64,000 bases of DNA, taken from the NCBI GenBank assembly GCA_965140585.1, contig OZ223272.1, positions 256,001-320,000 of the forward strand. The letters are read 5' to 3'. The translations under genes and the position numbers were made by a program. The notes below the pieces were generated by a model. It was not told where the DNA came from, did no database searches, and worked only from the letters and a program-made list of their open reading frames with translations. The stretch's first letter is position 1. Each line of letters opens with the position of its first letter. This document shows positions 10,834-20,068 of the stretch, one piece after another. This DNA is from Spirochaetia bacterium. GTDB lineage: Bacteria > Spirochaetota > Spirochaetia > UBA9216.

Positions 10834-11772
10834 TTAAATATTTCCGCCGTAGGTATATACCCTGTCAGGAACATCATTTAGATCAGCCTCGTCGATTTCT
10901 GCGACACATCTAACCATTGAGCCGTCACCAAGATACCATCGAAGAGGAAAGCAGTAGAAACGGAATCTTTTTCCGCTAACTTTATCTAGATCACCGCCGA
11001 GATTTTCAACACCGACAATTCCGTGTCCCAGCATCTGCTTGTGACAGGGCTCCCATGTTCCCCAGCATCCAATGGCTTCAAGGTCGCCGTACTTTGCATC
11101 ATAAGCTTCCTGCCCGTGAACTTTTATATATGTGAATTTGTCAAACTCAGCATAAGCTTCTTCTCCGAACTGTTCGATATATTCTTCAGTAATCGGTTTT
11201 CCAGATGCTCCTATAAGGTTCATCTTTGTCATTCCATTATTACCCATTGCAGTATGCAGAGGATGATCAAGGGCCTGAGTATCATTGGCTACGCATTTAA
11301 CCTTATGCTTAACAAACCACTTGCCGGCTTCTACGCCAGTGCCGCATGCGTAGTGATAATATTCTTTTGAATCATCAAACTTTCGATGCATCCCTGTATT
11401 CAGGCAGACAACCATGCCTTCCAGTTCAGCAGGCTTAATTCCGACTTTCTCACATGCCGCTTCAAGGTGCTTAGGTCCTATAAGGCCCCATCTCTCAATT
11501 TCGATCGGAAGACATACAGCATCGCCTGTATAAGCATCAACAGGCATCTCATGTGTGTAGCGGGCTCTTCTGCCGTCGAACTCTTTTTCCATTACATGCC
11601 GCGGTGCGTCTGCGTGAGTTCCGGTATGCATGGTACATGTTATTTTCTGAGTAAGAACTCCGCCCTTTGCCATTGTATGATTATTATCAATTACAGGCTT
11701 ATCAAAATAAGGCCACCTTGGTATTTCCGCACTGAACGGATGTGTTAAATCTACAAATATTTTTTTTCCCAT
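10834..11772 (-). CDS. Cyclase/KynB-family metallohydrolase; probable dihydrophloroglucinol cyclohydrolase
   Basis: VDLTHP, HTGTHADAPRH, GVENL, GDGSMVRCVA; operon context. Confidence 0.85.
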   Translation of the reverse strand: MGKKIFVDLTHPFSAEIPRWPYFDKPVIDNNHTMAKGGVLTQKITCTMHTGTHADAPRHVMEKEFDGRRARYTHEMPVDAYTGDAVCLPIEIERWGLIGPKHLEAACEKVGIKPAELEGMVVCLNTGMHRKFDDSKEYYHYACGTGVEAGKWFVKHKVKCVANDTQALDHPLHTAMGNNGMTKMNLIGASGKPITEEYIEQFGEEAYAEFDKFTYIKVHGQEAYDAKYGDLEAIGCWGTWEPCHKQMLGHGIVGVENLGGDLDKVSGKRFRFYCFPLRWYLGDGSMVRCVAEIDEADLNDVPDRVYTYGGNI

Positions 11773-11841
11773 AATATTACTCCAAATAATTTAAAATAAT
11801 TAGTCATTAAAATGAGGATAAAACTTACCCTCCGCCTTTAA

Positions 11842-12795
11842 TTAAAAATAATCCTTTTCATTGGTTCCCTGCTGCTTAATCAGATACTCCTGGAGAGCTC
11901 TTTTAGATGCAGCAATTTTCTTGTCATCCCAATCGTAAAATCCTTTCCCTGATTTAAAACCGATTGTGCCTTTGTCTATCATCTCCCTCAGCAGTGGAGA
12001 CGGTTCTGTAGCGTTTTCAATATGCTTTAATATGTAGCTGTGAATATTCCAGGTTAATTCTGTTCCAACCATGTCGGAGTTTTCAATCGGAGCCAGGATT
12101 GGAAGCCTGAAACCGAAACTGTACCGAATTGCATCATCTACTGTTTTAGGATCAGCTATTCCCCTCTCTACGATTGATATAGCCTCGCGCCATAGCGCAT
12201 GCTGCAGTCTATTTGCGACAAACCCCGGAACATCTTTTTTAACATGAATTGGTTTTCTTCCACATTCAGAAAGAAGCTCCATTGTAATCTGCACAGTCTC
12301 ATCTGAAGTGTCAGATGCAGGAACAACTTCTACCAGCGGAATAAGGTAAGGGGGATTCCAGAAGTGAGTTCCTATAATCCTATCCCTTTTTTCTGATGTC
12401 GAAGCAATTTCCGTAATACTAATTACAGAGGTATTAGTGGCAAGAACAGTTTCAGGTTTGCAGAGTTTATCAAGCTTTTGAAAAAATTCCTGTTTAAGTT
12501 CCAGCTTCTCTCCAATAGCTTCTATAACGAAATCTGCATCAACCACTGCTTTCTCAAAATCATCAGTTGTTGTTACTTTTGAAATAATAGACGCTATGCT
12601 CTCATGACTGCCTATTCCATTGTCCGCCATGAGAGAAAGATTGCCTTTTATTTGTTCAACAACTCCCGGAAGGACTTCAGCACGACGGGCCCAGACTGTA
12701 ACCGAATAACCCTTTGATGCAAAAATCTGTGCGACCCCGGGACCCATCATGCCAGCCCCGAGGATTGTAATTTTCTTTATATCTGAAATCATCAT
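11842..12795 (-). CDS. 3-hydroxyacyl-CoA dehydrogenase family; probable 3-hydroxy-5-oxohexanoate dehydrogenase
   Basis: GAGMMG, ATNTS, GTHFWNPP..LVEVV, PGFVANRLQ, GFKSGKGFY. Confidence 0.88.
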   Translation of the reverse strand: MMISDIKKITILGAGMMGPGVAQIFASKGYSVTVWARRAEVLPGVVEQIKGNLSLMADNGIGSHESIASIISKVTTTDDFEKAVVDADFVIEAIGEKLELKQEFFQKLDKLCKPETVLATNTSVISITEIASTSEKRDRIIGTHFWNPPYLIPLVEVVPASDTSDETVQITMELLSECGRKPIHVKKDVPGFVANRLQHALWREAISIVERGIADPKTVDDAIRYSFGFRLPILAPIENSDMVGTELTWNIHSYILKHIENATEPSPLLREMIDKGTIGFKSGKGFYDWDDKKIAASKRALQEYLIKQQGTNEKDYF

Positions 12796-12797
12796 AC

Positions 12798-13586
12798 CTA
12801 GTTAGCCCAGTATCCGCCGTCAGTAGCTATATTAGCCCCGGTCATAAAATCACTTGATTTTGATGCAAGAAAAATACACGGGCCGACAAAATCTTCAGGT
12901 TCGCCCAGTCTTCCAACAGGAAGTCTTTTTAGAAAGTTTTTGTAGACCTCACTTTCAGGATCAAACATCCATTCTGTAAGTTCTGATCTGAATACTGTCG
13001 GATTGATGGTGTTTACGTTAATTTTATATTTGGCAGTCCATTCACAGGCAAGAGACTGTGCCATCAAATCGATTCCGGCTTTTGCTGTACAATAGCCGGT
13101 ATAATTAGCCATTCCCATTTTCGACCTTGCAGAAGACACAAGAATAACCTTTCCGCCCTTTCCCTGCTCAATCATCTGCTTCCCTGCATATTTACAGAAT
13201 AGCCAAGTACCCTGAACATCGGAGTCCATAATTTTTTTCCACTCCGATAAATCCTGCTCAACTATCGGCTGGGGATGATTATATCCTGCAGCCGTTACAA
13301 GTACATTTATCTCTCCGAATGTCTTAACTGCTGAGTTAATAATCTTTATTACATCTTCTTCTTTAGCAGGATCTCCAGCCTCAGAAGCGCATTCTATACC
13401 GGCACTTTTTAATTCATCACAAAGAGCTTTATTTTTAGACTCATTTCGACCGGTTACAAAAACTTTCATACCGGCATGGCCGTAGCCGAAAGCAATTTCA
13501 CGGCCCAGAGCTCCGGTAGCTCCGGTAATTACAGCGACTTTATTTTTTACATCAAATAAATTAGTTACAAAATCTGTTTTCATCAA
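12798..13586 (-). CDS. SDR oxidoreductase; probable phloroglucinol reductase
   Basis: TGATGALG, VSS..YCTAK catalytic motif, DGGY; operon context. Confidence 0.85.
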   Translation of the reverse strand: MMKTDFVTNLFDVKNKVAVITGATGALGREIAFGYGHAGMKVFVTGRNESKNKALCDELKSAGIECASEAGDPAKEEDVIKIINSAVKTFGEINVLVTAAGYNHPQPIVEQDLSEWKKIMDSDVQGTWLFCKYAGKQMIEQGKGGKVILVSSARSKMGMANYTGYCTAKAGIDLMAQSLACEWTAKYKINVNTINPTVFRSELTEWMFDPESEVYKNFLKRLPVGRLGEPEDFVGPCIFLASKSSDFMTGANIATDGGYWAN

Positions 13587-13600
13587 ACTACTCCTGAAAT

Positions 13601-13945
13601 CTAGTAATTAACGATAACCAGCATTGAAGCCGGGAAATTTGTTTCGTTAATCAGTGAACGTCCTTCATTAGGACCGATGAAGATTGAATCATTTTTTTTC
13701 AGTACAATCTTTTCTTTCTTGTCTTTTGTGTATACTGTCAGCTCACCCTCAAGTACATAATAGATTTTTTCAGTTAGTGAATCTTCATATGCATAATCGG
13801 CTCCACCTCCAGGAAGAAAATGACTCAGTCCCATCCAGAACTTTTGAGCATTTGATTCATCTTTTCCGTGAAGCCTCATTGCTGTCATTTTAAAATGTCC
13901 CGGAGCATCATAAGTACTGCACTCTTCAACTTGTCTTTTTTTCAT
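13601..13945 (-). CDS. Cupin-domain protein
   Basis: SHFLPGGG..EKIYYVLEGEL..DSIFIGPNEGR. Confidence 0.85.
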   Translation of the reverse strand: MKKRQVEECSTYDAPGHFKMTAMRLHGKDESNAQKFWMGLSHFLPGGGADYAYEDSLTEKIYYVLEGELTVYTKDKKEKIVLKKNDSIFIGPNEGRSLINETNFPASMLVIVNY

Positions 13946-14035
13946 ATTTTATCCTCCAAGGTTCAAAAATTAATTTTTAACACTCTGTATGTTTAACTGT
14001 TAGTTTTTTACTTTTATTAAAAATAAGTTTTTAAG

Positions 14036-14064
14036 ATTATGTTCCGGCTTTTTCCAGCCGTCAA
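14036..14064 (-). promoter_or_regulatory. Sigma70-type promoter of the cupin-to-flavoprotein operon
   Basis: TTGACG-17 bp-CATAAT on minus strand. Confidence 0.65.
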
Positions 14065-14214
14065 CACAACTTATTACACTAAAAACTGTATCTTTTTATT
14101 TTTTTGTCATAATTTCCAACAGTTTATATTTTTTTAACTGTAATTTTTTATCCTTTAAAAAACAGCCCGCCTGAATTATCTAAGCGGGCGCTTCTGCTTT
14201 TAACTCTTTTTGCT

Positions 14215-15591
14215 TCAGCCCAGTCCGGGAAACAGCATGAACATCACAGCTGCAATAACAGTACCGACAAGGGTATAGGCAACTGTCATAAGAAAAACCG
14301 GCAGATATCCTTCCTTATGCTTAATCTTTGACAGACCAAGTATCAGAAGGACAAATCCATTAGCAGGCAGTGTTTCAAATGTAGTGGAAGCAAGGGCGAC
14401 TACTCGTGCAATTCCGGGAATATTTGGAATCATTCCGCTTTGCCCTACAATTCCCATAATAATCGGAATTGATATAAAAATAGCTGCGGGCGGAGAAGAA
14501 GTTAAAGCAACAACTATGCTGATTACGATAATTGCTGCGATCATATAATGTACCTGCATACCGTAGAAGATTCCAATTACCATTCCAAAGGCTGCGGTAG
14601 AAGCAATTACAGCAGCAAGTCCTGATGGTGTTACTATAGAGATAAGCGCATTAGGATATTCCCCTGCACCGGTATTAATTGAATTTATAATAGCTTTTCC
14701 AAGAGTTATTTCACTGCAGCCGTCACCTCGTGAAACCATATATTTAAACATCAGAATTATTGCAAGTATTATTCCTGCACCCAGAGCAATTAAAACTTCA
14801 TGAAATACAAGAAATAAAATAAAGACTACAAGCAGAGGTATCAAAGCGACCCAGAAATTGGGAAGTTCTCTATTTTCAACAGGAGGGCAGTAGGCTTCTC
14901 CCATCTCGAACTTATCTCCTTTCGCTTTTGATTTTATAATTAACCGTACCACAGTAAAATAGCTCAATACAGCAATAATTATTACTGAAACAAACCCGGG
15001 AACAAGACCGGCTGTAGGCGATATTTCAATACCCTGAGCCTTTAAGGCCTGCATAACCATAATATTAATATGCTGAGGCGCTCCCGGAGCAGCAATAAAA
15101 GGCGCCCCCAGGCACAGCAGTGCCGGCACGAACTTTCTCGGTATATCAGTCTTTTCAGCTACAACCATTATTATCGGGAATAGTGTAAACACAACAACAA
15201 AAGCATCCACTCCGCCGAAAGTAAAGATCGCACTTACTATAAGAATAACAAAAACTGCAGCCTTTACCTGACCTTCACCCTTTCTGGGCAGTACAAATTT
15301 ATTTACAAGAGTAACCGCAATTGATGATGCCGCACCGGTTTCTGCATATACTTTACCGAATACCGCCCCCATAAAAATCAGAGAGAATAGACTTATAATT
15401 ACATCTGTCATTCCACTCACGTAATTATTTGCTATTGCTGTAACCGGATTCAGCTGATTAAATATAGCAACAATGACAGCACAGACCGGCGCTACCCACA
15501 GAGTGGACCATCCTTTATACGCCAGGACAAGAAAAAGTACGATACCGATAATTATACCGGCAAGACCCAATAGTTCCATCGAACCCTCCAA
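14215..15591 (-). CDS. GntP-family permease
   Basis: About 12 hydrophobic segments; FGKVYAETGAASSIA, GAPQHIN. Confidence 0.8.
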   Translation of the reverse strand: MEGSMELLGLAGIIIGIVLFLVLAYKGWSTLWVAPVCAVIVAIFNQLNPVTAIANNYVSGMTDVIISLFSLIFMGAVFGKVYAETGAASSIAVTLVNKFVLPRKGEGQVKAAVFVILIVSAIFTFGGVDAFVVVFTLFPIIMVVAEKTDIPRKFVPALLCLGAPFIAAPGAPQHINIMVMQALKAQGIEISPTAGLVPGFVSVIIIAVLSYFTVVRLIIKSKAKGDKFEMGEAYCPPVENRELPNFWVALIPLLVVFILFLVFHEVLIALGAGIILAIILMFKYMVSRGDGCSEITLGKAIINSINTGAGEYPNALISIVTPSGLAAVIASTAAFGMVIGIFYGMQVHYMIAAIIVISIVVALTSSPPAAIFISIPIIMGIVGQSGMIPNIPGIARVVALASTTFETLPANGFVLLILGLSKIKHKEGYLPVFLMTVAYTLVGTVIAAVMFMLFPGLG

Positions 15592-15616
15592 ATAATACTT
15601 CTAAAAGTTTTCAGAA

Positions 15617-15645
15617 ATTATCCGCTGACTATTTTCCGCCGTCAA
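15617..15645 (-). promoter_or_regulatory. Sigma70-type promoter of the permease gene
   Basis: TTGACG-17 bp-GATAAT on minus strand; context similar to the 14036-14064 promoter. Confidence 0.65.
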
Positions 15646-15750
15646 CGCAACTAATTATTGTGCTATATGTAATTTTTTGATATTTTAAAAAACCTTAATA
15701 TGCAATCCTGAGGTATACTGTAATTAATTAACTTACAAACGGAGATAAGA

Positions 15751-18210
15751 ATGAGAGTGCAGCATGACATAACAAATTATGACAACAGTGGAAGCTTTAT
15801 GAAAATCTCGCTGCACAAGCTAAAAAATGTTTTCAGGCATTGCCATGACAGCATTGAACTTCTGTTTATCCTATCTGGAAAAATTTCAATATACAGCAAC
15901 AATAAAACCCACATGCTTAATGAAGATGATGTCTACCTAATAAACAGGAATGAGCTTCACGAACTTCAATCCAGCGGCTGTGTTCTTATAAAATTAGAAA
16001 TTAATTCTGCATTTTTCAATGCACCTGATTCTCCATTTCCAGCAGATGCCAGATTCAACTGTAACTCTTCGGCACATCACGATAAAATGATTTTCTATAA
16101 TCTGAAAGTTCTGATAGCAAAACTCGTTAAAAAAAATACGGAGAATGGTAAATTTCTTGAAATTATAAATAAGGCTTATCTATATGAACTGTTTTACGAA
16201 CTTATGAATAATTTTCGAATAACCAGCAGAGAAGAACCATCTGCAGACTTAAAATTATACGACAGAACCAACCGTATAATTAATTATATCAATACAAATT
16301 ATTCATCCTACATATCGCTTGAATCACTTGCAGAGAAGGAAAATTTATCAGTGCCTTATCTTTCCCGTTTTTTTAAAGAACAGACAGGACAGACATTTAA
16401 AAATTACCTTAACAAAATTCGTCTGCTTCACGGAGTTAATGAACTTATTTCAACCGACAAGAATATATCAGAAATTGCTGAAGAAGCTGGTTTTTCAAAT
16501 GCGAGATCCTTTGTTGCTGTATTCAAGGAAGAATATGACGACAATCCAAACGCATACAGAAAAAACAATTACCTTCATTTTGCACACAAGCCGGAGAACC
16601 TCGACTATACTCAGATTGAAAAAAGTGATTATCTTAAAAACCTCACTAGATACCTTAACACCGATATCACATCCATGCTTCCGATAAAAACCGAATGGGA
16701 CACAATAACAAGCGGAATAATAAATGTAAAAAAAAGCTGCAGGGAACTTACACATAATTTTAAAAAGATTTTCTCATTCGGGGACGGCAGGGCAATTCTT
16801 TATGCTGAAATCCAGGAGATGCTGATAGAGATGCAGCGGGACATTGGTTTTGAATACATTCTTTTTCATGGTCTTTTTGACAAGTCAGTGGCTCAATACC
16901 TGCTTTCAGATGACAAAGAATATTTGTTCAATTTCAACAGAATTGACAAGATTCTTGAATTTATACTTTCAATTAATCTGAAACCTTTTTTAAAACTGGG
17001 GATAGAATTCAAAGAGACTTCTTACATATCAGAGCTACTCAGAAACCCTTCAGTAATAAACTCGTCACTTGATAAGTGGTATCAGTTTATTACTGAATTC
17101 TTAATGCATATAGAATGGAGATTCGGAAAAGAGGAAGTTTCCTCCTGGAAGTTCTGCCTGCAGGAAGAATATGACAGAAATAAACTTCTCATTAATCACA
17201 AAACTGAAGACCGTTATAAGCAGCTGTATCTTACAACCTTCAAAGCTATTAAATCTCATAATACTGCTATTAAATTCGGACCGTCTCCGCTAATGCCCTA
17301 TATGATGATTGATACACCAATATTATCCGAGTTCCTCGAATTCTTTAACCGCTATAAATGCATGCCTGATTTTTTTACTTTTAAATATTTCCCGGTAATT
17401 GCTGAAGCCTCGGAAAAGAGAACCAGATTTTTGCTTGATAAAAACCCAGATTCTCTGCAGACTTTTATAAATAAAATCATGGAACAGCTGAACATAAAAA
17501 AAACCTTTGCAATTCCAATCTACCTTTCTGACTGGAATTCATCAACCTCAAATGTGGATCTACTTAACGACACTTGTTTCAAAGCTGCTTATATAGTTAG
17601 AAATATTGCAAAAAACTATGACAGGCTTGACAGTTTTGGATACTGGATACTCTCAGATTTTAATCTGGATCTTGAGACAGGTGATAAATTATTTCACGGT
17701 GGACTTGGTCTTTTTACAAAGAACGGTATAAAAAAACCATCATACTACGCTCTTTCATTTCTAAGCAGATTGGGAAACAAACTTATAGATTCAGGTGAGT
17801 GCTATATGGTAACCGGAAGCGAAACCGGTTATCAGATTATTGCATATAATTATTCACATTATTCACAGCTATATGCAGAAGGCGAAAGATTCGACATGAC
17901 ATTTTCTGAAAGATACACACCATTCCATCAAACCCGAAATATTGAACTACGGCTGAATCTTTCAAAAATAACAAATGGAGAATATACGCAAAAAAGGTAC
18001 AGGGTGAACAGAAAGAGCGGAAGCTGCTTTGATATGTGGACAAGAATGTTCTCACAGGAAATTTACAGCAGGGATGATATTAACATACTGAAACAGCATT
18101 CCAGCCCTTTCTACCAGATGCAGACAATTAACATCACTAATACAAGTCTGACTGTGAATATGGAACTTGAACCTCATGAAATACAGCTGATTCTTATTGA
18201 AAAAATTTAA
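15751..18210 (+). CDS. AraC-family regulator with cupin sensor and C-terminal GH39-like domain
   Basis: HCHDSIELLFILSG; AraC HTH LSVPYLSRFFK..GFSNARSF..FK; GH39-like IGFEYILFHGLF, GYWILSD..FHGGLGL..GIKKPSYYA. Confidence 0.88.
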   Translation: MRVQHDITNYDNSGSFMKISLHKLKNVFRHCHDSIELLFILSGKISIYSNNKTHMLNEDDVYLINRNELHELQSSGCVLIKLEINSAFFNAPDSPFPADARFNCNSSAHHDKMIFYNLKVLIAKLVKKNTENGKFLEIINKAYLYELFYELMNNFRITSREEPSADLKLYDRTNRIINYINTNYSSYISLESLAEKENLSVPYLSRFFKEQTGQTFKNYLNKIRLLHGVNELISTDKNISEIAEEAGFSNARSFVAVFKEEYDDNPNAYRKNNYLHFAHKPENLDYTQIEKSDYLKNLTRYLNTDITSMLPIKTEWDTITSGIINVKKSCRELTHNFKKIFSFGDGRAILYAEIQEMLIEMQRDIGFEYILFHGLFDKSVAQYLLSDDKEYLFNFNRIDKILEFILSINLKPFLKLGIEFKETSYISELLRNPSVINSSLDKWYQFITEFLMHIEWRFGKEEVSSWKFCLQEEYDRNKLLINHKTEDRYKQLYLTTFKAIKSHNTAIKFGPSPLMPYMMIDTPILSEFLEFFNRYKCMPDFFTFKYFPVIAEASEKRTRFLLDKNPDSLQTFINKIMEQLNIKKTFAIPIYLSDWNSSTSNVDLLNDTCFKAAYIVRNIAKNYDRLDSFGYWILSDFNLDLETGDKLFHGGLGLFTKNGIKKPSYYALSFLSRLGNKLIDSGECYMVTGSETGYQIIAYNYSHYSQLYAEGERFDMTFSERYTPFHQTRNIELRLNLSKITNGEYTQKRYRVNRKSGSCFDMWTRMFSQEIYSRDDINILKQHSSPFYQMQTINITNTSLTVNMELEPHEIQLILIEKI

Positions 18211-18890
18211 TTTTGTATCCAGTATGCCGTTAAAATATTCAGGAGAAATAGAAAAATATTTCCCCATTTGAAGGGAAGCAATCAGCGCATTAAAATCAGA
18301 TACCTGTAGTTTATTTTTTGTTCTAATTCGTCTGTACAGACTTTCCGGATAAAGATATTTATGATCATCAAGTAGAGCTATTGAATCCTCTGCAATATCA
18401 AACTCACAAACCCTGCTCTCACTGCTCCAGCTATGTTTTGATGACACCATAATTTTTGCCGGATAGGTCCTGTACTTCACAACCTTACAACCTGACCAGT
18501 TTTCAAAATCATTTGTTGCTGTTATACATAAATCTATTTCTCTGTTCAGAAGCATAGAGTGCAGCTTCGACATCTCACCTGAAGTGATATTGAAATCAAA
18601 ATTTTGATTGTAACATCTAAAGGCATTGATGACAGGGTTAACAAAACTGGAAGTTGGAAGCAGTGTAAAAAAACCGACTCTTATAACATCTGAATTGATA
18701 CAGAATCCGCTTCTAATTTCGGTAATCGCATTATCCCAAAGAAGCTTAACTGCATTAAACTTTTCATATGCTGACTCCCCTTCAGATGTAAGCCTGACAG
18801 ACTTTGTAGTACGTTCAAAAAGTCTGCTGCCTCATGAAAATTGAGTGTTTCTGCAAGTATCAGAAAATATTCGACACGCCTGAATTCCAT
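18205..18890 (-). pseudogene. LysR-family regulator remnant
   Basis: MEFRRVEYFLILAETLNFHEAA jumps in another frame to LFERTTKSVRLTSEG (HTH core deleted); 3' end runs into the convergent AraC gene. Confidence 0.75.
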
Positions 18891-19033
18891 ACACAATCGA
18901 GTATATCATGATATTTTTTATATGCGAGAATTTCTTTGTGTTAACTTAAGGTTAACAATCAGTAACTTAATGTAAATTCACAAATCATTCATCCGGGAAT
19001 ACAATTTATTGAAAAATAACTAGGAGAAGAAGA

Positions 19034-20068
19034 ATGAATAAATTCGAAAAAATAGAAAACGCAATAAATTTAAAACCTTTAAAAAATATTTCCGATATTC
19101 CAGGCTACCCGATGATCATTACTTATGCAGCAGTACCCGCCGGAAAAACTCAGGCAGAGATTTTTAAAGATAACAGTTCATGGATGGATGCCCTGGTTAA
19201 GTGCTATGAGGAAATAGGATCAATACCTGATGTAGTATTCCCTATGAACCCTCTTGATACTTCTTTTATAGAACAGCTGAAAGTTCGAATCCCCGGAAAA
19301 GAACTTGAAGATGATGAACTGTTTCAGTTCCTTGAGGAAGAGCTTATGTGCATGGATGATTATAAAAAAATAATTAAAAAAGGAATGTCAGCATGGCAGC
19401 TTCCATTTGTTGCGTCCATCCAGAACCCGCCCTTCACCGGAATGATGAAAAACATGAAGGTTATTTCAAGATTTATTAAAATTGGTAAAAACCTCAAGGC
19501 AAACAGAATCTTCTGGGAAAAACAGGGGGGTTCCTGTAATGTTTCATAACGGTACGGCTCCTGCATTTGATACTTTTTCTATGAGCCGAAGTATGGAGAA
19601 ATTTTTCTACGATCTTTATGATGAACCGGAGCTTATAAAGAAAGCCTGCGCAGCTGCTACGCCTGAAATAATAAAAACAGCCCTTAAATGCGCAAAAAAA
19701 GGCGACAGGATCGCAGTATATGCAATGAGATCTTCTGCCACCTCCGTCTCTCCGCAGATGGGAACTGGCTTCCGATGCAGCCCTACTTTCAGCAGGTTAC
19801 CAAAGAAAGCTGTATTATTGAGCTGGACAGGAATACAGACATCAGTGAAGCAAAGAAAATTCTTAGCGGTTATCAGTGCATCCGCGGAGATTTACCAGGA
19901 TCTATTCTTGCCTTCGTGACTGAAAAAGAAACTGAGGATTACTGCAGCATGCTTATAGAATTAGCGATAGAAGTCGGGATGATTATAGGCTCTGGATGCG
20001 AAGTCCCTATAAACACCAGGATTGAAAATATTAGAGCCTTAGTTAACTGTAAAAAGGTTTCGGTTTAA
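19034..20068 (+). pseudogene. Uroporphyrinogen decarboxylase/MtaA-CmuA family protein, disrupted
   Basis: Three overlapping ORFs; PAFDTFSMSRSMEKFFYDLYDEPE, CIRGDLP, IIGSGCEVP..ENIRA; apparent internal deletion between SPQM and GNWLP. Confidence 0.75.

Noticed and set aside
10834-11772. Kynurenine formamidase kynB
   Set aside because: No kynA or kynU nearby; neighbours fit ring hydrolysis in the phloroglucinol pathway
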